Part shown: one piece after another, positions 18,542-27,486 of the stretch
Layout of the letters: every line of letters starts with the position of its first letter
Numbering within the stretch: position 1 is the first letter of the stretch
The notes under the pieces: model-generated
What the model was told of the DNA's origin: nothing
Database searches by the model: none
Seen by the model: the letters and a program-made list of their open reading frames with translations, nothing else
Translations under genes and position numbers: made by a program
Assembly: GCF_000020025.1 (NCBI RefSeq)
Contig: NC_010628.1
Span: 6,780,001 to 6,812,000, forward strand
Origin: Nostoc punctiforme PCC 73102
GTDB lineage: Bacteria > Cyanobacteriota > Cyanobacteriia > Cyanobacteriales > Nostocaceae
Direction: 5' to 3'
DNA: 32,000 bases

Positions 18542-19762
18542 ATGAGGAAATTTTTAATTTCTGCTGAACAAATACTTACATTTATTTGCTTGATGCTCTA
18601 TTCAGGAACTCCGCTAGATGCTTTCCTGACTGATGGCTTTACTGTAAAAGAGAATGATAGAACTATATTTCGGTTACTTTTTACTCTTACCTATATAGTT
18701 AGCCTTTCCCTAATTTCTCTACGCTGGAAAAAAGCTGCTTATGCTTTTAGCAAAGATAAGTTTATTTGGATACTGATTGGAGTTTGTGCACTTTCTAGTT
18801 TTTGGTCTTTAGAGCCAGAAACTACTATACGTCGAGTTATTGCTTTGGCAGGAACAAGTATTTTTGGGCTTTATTTAGCCTCACGCTACACTTTAAAACA
18901 GCAGCTAAAGTTATGTGCTTATATGCTTGTCATCTCCATAATAATGTGTTTGTTGTTTGTTATATTTATACCACAATATGGGATAGATCCTGTATTTAAT
19001 AGTTGGCGAGGAATATTTTCAACCAAGAATATTCTTGGCAAGAGATTTGTCCTTAGTGCAGCAGTATTTTTATTCCTTGCCATGACTAATAAAGAAAATC
19101 GCTGGTTTTTCTGGCTTGGCTATATTACTTCTGGATTACTTATATTATTATCCCAATCAGCAACATCCGCAGGAAATTTTATAATCATCACAGTAGCTTT
19201 TCTTGTATATTATCGAATTTTAAATTTAAAGTTTAAAATAATGATACCTGTTTTGACATTACTGTCAACAGTTGGCATAGCTTTTTATTACTGGTTTATC
19301 TTACAAGCTGATGCAATTTTGGGTTCAGTAGGTAAAGACACAACGCTAACTGGACGTTCAGAGTTATGGCCTGTTGTCTTGGAGATGATTGCGAAAAAAC
19401 CTTGGCTAGGATATGGGTATGGAGCATTCTGGACAGCGAATAATAGTGAATCTTCTATTATTATACAAGCAGTACAATGGGATGCTCCTAATGCTCACAA
19501 TGGCTTTCTAGATCTGTGGCTAGCGTTGGGTTTACTAGGATTCTTGGTCTTTACAATTGGGTTCGTTATTAATTTATTGAGAGCAATATATTTAACTAGA
19601 TGGAATCAAACATCAGAAAGTATATGGCTTCTAGTTAATCTTACATTTATTATTCTTTCAAATCTAACTGAGACTACAATGCTAGAACAAAATAGTATTG
19701 AATGGATACTTTATGTATCAGCCATATTCTCAAGTCAACTTTCTAGACGCTCAAATATATAA
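18542..19762 (+). CDS. Wzy-type polysaccharide polymerase (O-antigen ligase/polymerase family membrane protein)
   Basis: 406 aa with about 10-12 hydrophobic helices and a large loop containing GRSELWPVVLEMIAKKPWLGYGYGAFW...NAHNGFLDLWLALGLLG (Wzy_C-type motif). It co-occurs with wzx and wzc. Confidence 0.75.
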   Translation: MRKFLISAEQILTFICLMLYSGTPLDAFLTDGFTVKENDRTIFRLLFTLTYIVSLSLISLRWKKAAYAFSKDKFIWILIGVCALSSFWSLEPETTIRRVIALAGTSIFGLYLASRYTLKQQLKLCAYMLVISIIMCLLFVIFIPQYGIDPVFNSWRGIFSTKNILGKRFVLSAAVFLFLAMTNKENRWFFWLGYITSGLLILLSQSATSAGNFIIITVAFLVYYRILNLKFKIMIPVLTLLSTVGIAFYYWFILQADAILGSVGKDTTLTGRSELWPVVLEMIAKKPWLGYGYGAFWTANNSESSIIIQAVQWDAPNAHNGFLDLWLALGLLGFLVFTIGFVINLLRAIYLTRWNQTSESIWLLVNLTFIILSNLTETTMLEQNSIEWILYVSAIFSSQLSRRSNI

Positions 19763-20104
19763 TCTGTCAGAACAGCATCAATAAACTTGCTGTACAGTAT
19801 AGATAATATATATTTATGTACATTAATATAGGAATTTATTAATTATTAAAATTTAACGTAAACAAGCAAAAACGCCTCCCTATCAAATAAATAGCAATAA
19901 TCTAATCATATTTTATTTACAAAGTTTTAGATTCAGACTCTCTACAATCGTCTGTACGAATAGGTCGAAGTAAGCAAAATATCAACACTAAGGAATGAAA
20001 AAGTTAGACATCAGTTTGACTATTGGAAAATCAAAAAATTAAGTTGTGATTCTTCCAGTGATATATTAATCAAAGATATACCAATTGCTTAAAAAGTACA
20101 GCTT

Positions 20105-21205
20105 ATGTTTAGAACCAACCCTCTCAAGATTATCATGTTAGGCCCTAGTTTACTCCAGCAGGGTGGTATTTCTGGTTATGAGAAGCTTTTTTTAGAATAT
20201 GCTCCTTCTGAAATTCATATATGTCATATTATCACTCATGAGGAAGGAACTATAGCGTTCAAAATAATGGTGTTTTTGAAAGCTATCTGGAAATTTATAT
20301 GGATGTTAATCAGCGAAGAAATTGATATTGTTCAACTTGAAATATCCCAACGTGGCAGTGTTTTCCGACAATCAATTATGATACTTTTAGCTTGGGTATT
20401 TCATAAACCCATAATTTTACATGCTCATGGTAGTCAATTTCATATTTTCTATGCTGGACTTGCAAATTGGATACAGAAATTGTTAAGTTGGATATTTTGT
20501 AAGTGTCAACGCCTAATTGTATTATCCGAAAGTTGGAAAAGCTTCTATATAGATACTCTAGGTCTGAAATCAGAACAAGTTGTAGTTTTTTATAATCCAG
20601 TAAAAGTTCCTACTGAAGTTCCATCGCGTTCATTTTCTACAAAATTGAACTTACTTTTTTTAGGAAGAATTGGTCAACGGAAAGGAGCATTTGATTTGAT
20701 AAAAGCTTTTTCTTCTTTGCCTACTGAATATCAAACCAGATCAATTATGGTTATGGCAGGAGATGGAGACATAGAAAAAGCACGCGATTTAGTTACGACT
20801 TTAAATCTACAAGATTATATACAGTTACCTGGATGGATAGGTTCAGATGAACGTGATATTCTTTTAAGTAAAGCAGATATTTTCGTGTTGCCCTCTTATA
20901 ACGAAGGTCTTCCATTAGCAATGCTAGAAGCAATGGCTTGGGAGTTACCAGTCATAGTTACACCAGTAGGAGGCATCCCTGAAATAGTTACTCAATCTGA
21001 AAATGGATTAATTGTGAATCCAGGTAATGTTGAGCAATTATCAAATGCTATTAAGTCTTTGATTGAAAATGAGGCTTTAAGGCTTTCCCTTGGAGCAAAG
21101 GCAAGAACAAGTGTTTTTCCACTAGACATCAAAAAACATTGGGTTGATTTTATAGATTTATATAACTTAGTGTTAAATACTATGGAAGAGCATTCTAAAG
21201 GCTGA
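20105..21205 (+). CDS. Glycosyltransferase, GT4 family
   Basis: 366 aa. LLFLGRIGQRKGAFDLIKAF, VMAGDGD and DIFVLPSYNEGLPLAMLEAMAWELPVIVTPVGGIPEIV form the classical GT4 E-x7-E region. Confidence 0.88.
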   Translation: MFRTNPLKIIMLGPSLLQQGGISGYEKLFLEYAPSEIHICHIITHEEGTIAFKIMVFLKAIWKFIWMLISEEIDIVQLEISQRGSVFRQSIMILLAWVFHKPIILHAHGSQFHIFYAGLANWIQKLLSWIFCKCQRLIVLSESWKSFYIDTLGLKSEQVVVFYNPVKVPTEVPSRSFSTKLNLLFLGRIGQRKGAFDLIKAFSSLPTEYQTRSIMVMAGDGDIEKARDLVTTLNLQDYIQLPGWIGSDERDILLSKADIFVLPSYNEGLPLAMLEAMAWELPVIVTPVGGIPEIVTQSENGLIVNPGNVEQLSNAIKSLIENEALRLSLGAKARTSVFPLDIKKHWVDFIDLYNLVLNTMEEHSKG

Positions 21206-21244
21206 TTTTTTTGTACTTTATGAAAAAATAACAACTGGATAGTT

Positions 21245-22546
21245 ATGAAAATTAGCATTTTTGGTTTGGGATATGTCGGTGCTGTAACAGCAGCTTGCTT
21301 GGCACGAGATGGACACGAAGTAATTGGGGTAGATGTAAATCCTGAAAAAGTGGATTTGATTGCCAAAGGAGAGTCACCCATTGTAGAGCCTGGGCTAAGT
21401 CAGTTGCTGGTTGATGGAGTGGCAGCTAATTTAATTACAGCTACTACAGATACTGAAGCGGCAGTGCTAGCATCAGATGTTTCTCTAATTAGTGTTGGTA
21501 CACCTCCAATAGAGAGAGGAGAACCGGATCTTACTTACGTTTGGAATGTGTGCAAGCAGATTGCGAAAGCCTCCATCCATAAGACTGAAAGCCATGTCGT
21601 TGTTTTGCGTAGCACTGTCCCCCCAGGAACATTAGAAAAATGTCAGAATCTTATAGATAGTATTACAGGTAATAACTCTATCCATTTAGCATTTAACCCA
21701 GAATTTTTACGCGAAGGTTCAGCTATCAAAGATTACGATCAACCACCTTACACCATTATTGGTACAGAATCTCCTGTGGCAGAAGCAGCAGTACGGCAAA
21801 TGTATGCCACAGTAGATGCACCGTTCACCGTAGTCAAACCATCTGTGGCAGAAATGGTTAAATATGTGGCCAATTGCTGGCACGCTGCCAAGGTAGGCTT
21901 TGCTAATGAAATCGGACGAGTTGCAAAAGCTTTTGGCGTAGATGGGCGGGAAGTAATGAATATCATCGTCCAGGATACGAAGTTAAATATTTCCCCTGTT
22001 TATATGCGTCCTGGATTTGCCTACGGTGGTTCTTGCCTGCCCAAGGATTTGAGTGCTTTGCTTTACTATGCAAGGAATATGGATGTACCAGTACCCCTGC
22101 TAAACGCCCTACCAACTACTAACAGCCTTCAAGTTGATTTGGCTGCCCAACAAGTGTTACGCCTTGGGGCAAGGAAGATTGCAATTTTAGGATTGGCATT
22201 CAAGCCAGGTACAGATGACTTAAGAGAAAGTCCAGCAGTGCTGCTAGTTAAGCGGTTGATTGGGGAAGGCTGCCAGATAAAAATTTATGACCAGGCTGTT
22301 TATGAAGCTCGGTTAATGGGAACCAATCTGACCTATATCCAAAATAACCTCCCTCATTTTGAGGAGCTACTAGTTGCAGAAGCAGAACAAGCTCTGAAAG
22401 ATGCAGAATTAGTAATAGTTACTCATGCTAATCCAGAGTTTCGCCAAATATTACAGGAAGCGCTCAAAGAAATACAAGTTTTGGATTTGGCAAGTGTATT
22501 TACTGAACCGATTGAAGAGTTAAATTATTGTGGTATTGCTTGGTAA
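21245..22546 (+). CDS. Nucleotide-sugar 6-dehydrogenase, AlgD-like (probable GDP-mannose 6-dehydrogenase producing GDP-mannuronic acid)
   Basis: 433 aa. It has an N-terminal Rossmann motif (MKISIFGLGYVGAVTAACLARDGHEVIGVDV), NPEFLREGSAIKDYD, the catalytic-cysteine context RPGFAYGGSCLPKD, and LGLAFKPGTDDLRESP. It appears collinear from end to end with P. aeruginosa AlgD as I recall it (MRISIFGLGYVGAV..., FAFGGSCLPKD, C-terminal ...GICW versus GIAW here). Confidence 0.8.
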   Translation: MKISIFGLGYVGAVTAACLARDGHEVIGVDVNPEKVDLIAKGESPIVEPGLSQLLVDGVAANLITATTDTEAAVLASDVSLISVGTPPIERGEPDLTYVWNVCKQIAKASIHKTESHVVVLRSTVPPGTLEKCQNLIDSITGNNSIHLAFNPEFLREGSAIKDYDQPPYTIIGTESPVAEAAVRQMYATVDAPFTVVKPSVAEMVKYVANCWHAAKVGFANEIGRVAKAFGVDGREVMNIIVQDTKLNISPVYMRPGFAYGGSCLPKDLSALLYYARNMDVPVPLLNALPTTNSLQVDLAAQQVLRLGARKIAILGLAFKPGTDDLRESPAVLLVKRLIGEGCQIKIYDQAVYEARLMGTNLTYIQNNLPHFEELLVAEAEQALKDAELVIVTHANPEFRQILQEALKEIQVLDLASVFTEPIEELNYCGIAW

Positions 22547-22968
22547 GCAGAGGACTGACTATGAAGTAACTTAAGCGTTTTCTGGATATGTACCTACCCT
22601 TTATTTTGCTTAAATACTGGTACATCCAGAAAATTATCACTCTAAATTGATGTCTGGTACGTTCGATTTCTCGCTTTAGATAAGCAAAAAACCTTTCTTA
22701 ATTTTTATTAGACGAATAAATATTCTAAGTGTGTTCAGAAGTTAATTATGAGTTTTAAAAACTATTTAATAAGTTTTTGCTTTTCACGATTTCGTATTCC
22801 TATTTTCTTTTATATCAAGCAGCTATATATAAAACATCAAGAGTCGTTTTTGATAGATGCTACTAAAGCAATATATAGCCATAAAAATAGAGGAAAAATT
22901 AATAATTTTATTTTAAATCTAGCAGAAATAACTGAAAAATTAAACGCTAATTGAAGGGGAAATGAGAT

Positions 22969-24156
22969 ATGTCTAATAAAGTACTAATAATTGTAGAAAA
23001 CCTACCTGTTCCCTTTGATCGACGCGTATGGATGGAAGCCACTACCCTGATAAAAGCTGGGTATGAAGTTTCGGTGATTTGTCCCAAAGGTAAAGGGTTT
23101 GAAGAAGAATATGAAATAATCGATCAGGTTCACATTTATCGCCACCCAATGCCACCTGATATTAGTTCGGTCTCAGGTTATCTACGGGAGTATTGCACAG
23201 CCCTTTTTTGGGAGTTCCGCCTTGCCCATCGAGTGTGGCGAGAGCGAGGTTTTGATATAGTCCACATTTGTAATCCTCCAGATTTAATGTTTTTGGTGGC
23301 AGGATGGTTCAAGTTGCTCAAGGGTGTAAGAGTGATATTTGACCACCATGATATCAATCTGGAAATGTATGAAGCTAAGTATGGACGACGAGACATTTTC
23401 TATTATGGACTCTCGTTGGTTGAGCGATTGACCTTTGCTACAGCAGACGTAGTTATCTCAACTAATGAATCTTATTTGTCGGTAGCACTTACCCGTGGAT
23501 GCAAAAATCCAGAGGATGTCTTCGTTGTTCGTAGCGGTCCTGACCTTTCCCGTTTTCAACCCGTATCGCCTAACCCAATCTACCGTAGAGGCCGGAAGTA
23601 CTTGGTGGGATATGTTGGTGTCATGGGAGAACCAGAGGGAATTGATTACTTGCTGCAATCGGTGCGCTATATTGTTTATGAAAAAAAACGCCACGATATT
23701 CAGTTTATGCTCATCGGTAGTGGGCCCATGTTTGAGAAGCTTCAAGCACTATCTAAAGAATTAGAAGTTAATGAATTTGTGGAATTTACTGGGCGTATTC
23801 CTGATAATGAACTTTTGGAAAGACTTTCTAGCTGTGATGTATGTGCTAATCCCGATAAAAAAATGCCTTACAATGACCGTTCAACCATGAACAAGATCAT
23901 GGAGTACATGGCCATGGGGAAACCTATTGTTCAGTTTGACCTTTTGGAAGGAAGGCGCTCGGCAGAAGGAGCATCTGTTTATGCCAAGGGTAATGATGTG
24001 GTGGATTTTGCTAATAACATTCTTGAACTTCTCGAGGATGTTGAACGGCGACAACAGATGGGAGAGCTAGGTAGAAAACGAATGGAAGAGAAACTAGAGT
24101 GGCGACATCAAGTATCTAAACTGTTAGAGGCTTATAAGAAAGCTTGGCAACGGTAG
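22969..24156 (+). CDS. Glycosyltransferase, GT4 family (WcaI-like subfamily)
   Basis: 395 aa. The N-terminus MSNKVLIIVENLPVPFDRRVWMEATTL is typical of this EPS-associated GT4 subgroup. The C-terminal part has YVGVMGEPEGIDYLL, LIGSGP and NKIMEYMAMGKPIVQFDLLEGRRSAEGA. A GGGGA Shine-Dalgarno-like sequence lies 7-11 nt upstream of the ATG. Confidence 0.85.
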   Translation: MSNKVLIIVENLPVPFDRRVWMEATTLIKAGYEVSVICPKGKGFEEEYEIIDQVHIYRHPMPPDISSVSGYLREYCTALFWEFRLAHRVWRERGFDIVHICNPPDLMFLVAGWFKLLKGVRVIFDHHDINLEMYEAKYGRRDIFYYGLSLVERLTFATADVVISTNESYLSVALTRGCKNPEDVFVVRSGPDLSRFQPVSPNPIYRRGRKYLVGYVGVMGEPEGIDYLLQSVRYIVYEKKRHDIQFMLIGSGPMFEKLQALSKELEVNEFVEFTGRIPDNELLERLSSCDVCANPDKKMPYNDRSTMNKIMEYMAMGKPIVQFDLLEGRRSAEGASVYAKGNDVVDFANNILELLEDVERRQQMGELGRKRMEEKLEWRHQVSKLLEAYKKAWQR

Positions 24157-24966
24157 TAAAAACACGGTATATGAATATGTCGTCAAAATACATTGGCAAC
24201 TCGATCATCCGAAAGAATATCGGAAAGTTTTAATATTCAAAAACCTCAATTCCACTAGATGGCAAGTTTTTTGCTGGGATTAGAAACTTTGGGTGATTAT
24301 GGAGTTGCCGAAAATAGCTAGAGACATCTCTCTAATTCAAAAAATTCCAGTCCTTAATAACCTACCTAATATATAGCGTTTCCTAAATAGCTGAGGTACA
24401 CCCCAATCCTTGTGAGCAACATTAATAGCTTTGAAAAAGTATCTCACTACTTCAGAAACCGCTATATAGCAACTTTAATACTGATGGTAAAAATTTTTAA
24501 AAGAACGGGCTGCTGCTAAAGGATTGATTTGTGGTGTGATAGTAGGTTATTGCCAATCTTACCTCAAATTTATAATCTACTAGCGTCTTCGTTCAACAGT
24601 AAAACATTCATAGTGTTTTCGTTTTGGGACTGAATGATGATTGTACCTAAATTTTAAAGTTACAAACCACTCTATAAGATATATTAATATGTTTATACTA
24701 AATGATGTTAGCTGCAAGCTTAAATCAGTATAGACCTTCATGGTATGTACTTCTAATAAGGCTTTGCAATACTCATAGGTATTTGCTTTTATATTGATCA
24801 AACCAAAGCTTATAGATGATTGCATCGCTTTGTAACTCAAACAGTCTATACTATTTATATGTCATCTTTTAAAAGAGTACTATTCTCATCAATAGCTACG
24901 CTTTGTATCTACTCTAAGTAGATAAATATTGAGTTTATCGCTTAAAACCTGTACTTTTGAAGATTT

Positions 24967-27213
24967 ATGTCAGCAAAATCTACGGAATCTAGAGAATCTA
25001 TTGATTTAGACCTTAGTCGTTATTTATTGATATTGAAACGATGGTGGCTACCTGCTACTGTGATATTTACAGCTACAGTTATTCTCAGTGCTATAGCTAC
25101 ACAGTTTATGAAGCCATCCTATGAGGCGGAAGGAAAACTATTATTTAGAATCCCTTCTTTTAAAGTAGTAGGATCTAATCTTTTGCCTACTAATACAGAA
25201 GGAGGAGATGCAGGAGATTTAAAATCGCTGCTAGCCACTCAAAATCCTATAAACACTCAGATAGAAGTTATTTCTTCCCCGACTTTATTGCAAAGGACAA
25301 TAGATAAGCTACAACTAAAAGACCAAGAAGGTAAACCTCTAGAAGTAGAAAAGCTCCGAAAATCTTTGACTCTGAAAATTGTGAGTGCCACAGATGTATT
25401 GCGAATTAGCTATACCAGCCCTGACCCTGAGCAATCAGCAGCAGTGGTCAACACAATTATGAGTCTTTATTTAGATAATGATATTCTGACAAATCGCTCT
25501 GAGGCGGCAGCAACTCGTCAATTTATTGCCAAGCAGCTTCCTAAAACTCAAGAAGTTGTTAATAATACAGAAGTAGCACTACGTATATTTAAACAGAAGT
25601 ATCAGATAGCTGATCTGTCAGAGGAGACAAAGTCAGCTGTTGCAACTATTGGAAATCTAGACAATGAGATGAATACTGTTAAGGCTCAGCTGGATGAGGT
25701 AAACGCCCAAACCAACGAACTGCGCCAGAAAGTAGAGCTAAATTCTCAAGAAGCGATCGCTGTGAGTGCCCTCAGTCAGTCACCGGCAGTGCAGGGAGTT
25801 CTTACACAACTTCAAGAAACTGAGCGACAGCTAGCAATTGAGCGTAGCCGTTTCCTAGATGACAACCCTGTAATTATTAACTTAGAAGCAAAGAAAGCTA
25901 GCTTAAAATCCCTCTTACAACAGCAAATTGGTCAGACTGTTGGCAATAAAACAGAAGTTTCACAGAACCTATTACAGATTGGAGGACTAAAACAAAACCT
26001 GATCCAAAATTTTCTACAGTCAGAAATACAGCGCATTGGTTTAGCTAAAAGACTCTCCTCTTTATACAACTCCCGTTCAATATACGAAAAGCGCGTTAAA
26101 CTCATACCCCAGCTAGCACAAAATCAGAGGGAGTTAGAACGGAAAGCTGAAGTCGCAGAATCGACATATCAAACCCTATTGAAAAAGGTTCAAGAATTAC
26201 AGTTAGTTGAGAATACAAATACAGCCAGCTCGCGGATTATTGCTCAGGCTATAGTGCCCGATAAGCCCGTAGAAAGCAAAAAAATTATTGTTTTAGTGCT
26301 AGGAGTAATGTTCGGTCTATTCTTGGCTACTACAACAGTCCTTGTTCTAGGTATGAGAGATAGATCTCTGAAAACACTTCAGGAAATCAGAGATATATTT
26401 AGATATACTTTGCTAGGAATTGTTCCTTTGTCTGTTAAAAAGATTCACTCCCGTTATTCAAATACAGAATCAATAAATCAAACAATTGCTGTTAGAGATA
26501 CGCCTTACACTTTAACTAGCGAAATGTACAGAATGATTCAAGCTAATCTGAAATTCCTGAGTTCAGATAAAGTGCTAAAAACTATCGTGGTAACTAGCGC
26601 AGTTCCTAAAGAAGGCAAGTCTACAGTTTCAGCTAATTTGGCAACAGCGATCGCTCAATTAGGACGTCAAGTTTTACTAATCGATGCAGATATGCGAGTT
26701 CCTTCTCAGCATCATCTCTGGGAAGTAAGCAATGCAGATGGCTTGAGTGAAGTTCTTGTAGGTCAGACTGAATTTGATGTTGCTTTATCTAAAGTAATGG
26801 ATAATCTTGATGTCTTAACTGCTGGCTCTAGACCTCCTAATCCACTTGCTTTACTTGACTCAAAGCGGATGGCATCGCTGATTGAAAGTTTCTCATCTCA
26901 ATATAAATATGATTTTGTAATTATTGATGCTCCTCCCCTGCTTTTGGCAGCCGATGCTTTGACTATAAGCCAAATGACTGATGGGATTTTGTTAGTAGCT
27001 CGACCTGGGGTAATTGATTCTAACAGTGCATCTGCTGCTCAAGAAATTCTAGAGAGATCTAGTCACAACGTATTAGGTTTAGTTGTGAATGGTATCATTG
27101 ATAAAAACGAATCTAGTAGCTATTTCAATCATGTTAAACAATACTTTACTTATCAAGATTTGACAAAAGAGGCAAAGCTACAAAAACGCATTCCAAATAA
27201 GACCTCTGTATAA
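24967..27213 (+). CDS. Wzc-type polysaccharide co-polymerase (PCP-2a) fused to a BY-kinase (tyrosine autokinase) domain
   Basis: 748 aa. It has an N-terminal transmembrane helix, a long coiled-coil periplasmic region, a proline-rich motif before the second helix (IVPDKPVESKKIIVLVLGVMFGL) and a cytoplasmic kinase domain. The kinase has Walker A SAVPKEGKST, Walker A' VLLIDADMR and Walker B DFVIIDAPP. The tail holds three tyrosines (SSSYFNHVKQYFTYQD). Confidence 0.9.
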   Translation: MSAKSTESRESIDLDLSRYLLILKRWWLPATVIFTATVILSAIATQFMKPSYEAEGKLLFRIPSFKVVGSNLLPTNTEGGDAGDLKSLLATQNPINTQIEVISSPTLLQRTIDKLQLKDQEGKPLEVEKLRKSLTLKIVSATDVLRISYTSPDPEQSAAVVNTIMSLYLDNDILTNRSEAAATRQFIAKQLPKTQEVVNNTEVALRIFKQKYQIADLSEETKSAVATIGNLDNEMNTVKAQLDEVNAQTNELRQKVELNSQEAIAVSALSQSPAVQGVLTQLQETERQLAIERSRFLDDNPVIINLEAKKASLKSLLQQQIGQTVGNKTEVSQNLLQIGGLKQNLIQNFLQSEIQRIGLAKRLSSLYNSRSIYEKRVKLIPQLAQNQRELERKAEVAESTYQTLLKKVQELQLVENTNTASSRIIAQAIVPDKPVESKKIIVLVLGVMFGLFLATTTVLVLGMRDRSLKTLQEIRDIFRYTLLGIVPLSVKKIHSRYSNTESINQTIAVRDTPYTLTSEMYRMIQANLKFLSSDKVLKTIVVTSAVPKEGKSTVSANLATAIAQLGRQVLLIDADMRVPSQHHLWEVSNADGLSEVLVGQTEFDVALSKVMDNLDVLTAGSRPPNPLALLDSKRMASLIESFSSQYKYDFVIIDAPPLLLAADALTISQMTDGILLVARPGVIDSNSASAAQEILERSSHNVLGLVVNGIIDKNESSSYFNHVKQYFTYQDLTKEAKLQKRIPNKTSV

Positions 27214-27239
27214 ATTAAATAAACAAATTGATATTTCCT

Positions 27240-27272
27240 CTTACCAGTTAATTGAATACCATAACTGGTAAG
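27240..27272 (+). terminator. Perfect 11-bp hairpin 27 nt after the wzc-like stop
   Basis: CTTACCAGTTA (27240-27250) and TAACTGGTAAG (27262-27272) are separated by an 11-nt loop. There is no U-tract. Confidence 0.35.
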
Positions 27273-27381
27273 TAATCTTACAGGATTAATTACACAAAAA
27301 CTTGGCTCAAATTCTTGCTAGTCAAAAATCAATAATTAATTCTGTTGGGATGCTTGTATCATATCTGTTTAATTTATTTAG

Positions 27382-27423
27382 CCAAATAATAAGTCTACCT
27401 GCGAAGGTAGACTTATTATTTGG
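27382..27423. terminator. Perfect 19-bp hairpin with a GCGA tetraloop between convergent genes (candidate bidirectional terminator)
   Basis: CCAAATAATAAGTCTACCT (27382-27400), GCGA (27401-27404) and AGGTAGACTTATTATTTGG (27405-27423). It lies between the wzc-like stop (27213) and the beta-helix gene stop (27487). Confidence 0.5.
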
Positions 27424-27486
27424 TATAGTTGTTGTAGACTTCAGCCTGACAAAACTATGTCTAGATTGCAAGACATAATATTATGG

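Noticed and set aside
22748-22954. 68-aa ORF between the dehydrogenase and the third GT4 gene
   Set aside because: It is extremely AT-rich with Phe/Ile/Lys/Asn-biased composition typical of random ORFs in AT-rich spacers, and it has no ribosome-binding site or recognisable motif.
10261-23764. Remaining short ORF-track ORFs nested in or antisense to the NRPS and EPS genes. These are 10261.., 10563.., 11185.., 11412.., 14031.., 16124.., 16193.., 17326.., 18018.., 18247.., 18802.., 20992..21381, 21748.., 23178.., 23458.. and 23495... The same applies to 1645..1842, 6562..6756, 8092..8307, 29905.. and 30928..
   Set aside because: Each overlaps a longer ORF with clear family motifs and shows no motifs of its own, so they are treated as shadow ORFs.
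24580-24840. 86-aa minus-strand ORF in the 810-bp spacer upstream of the wzc-like gene
   Set aside because: Its orientation is opposite to all neighbours and it has no motif, signal or hydrophobic pattern. Its composition is consistent with a chance ORF, although it cannot be fully excluded without expression data.
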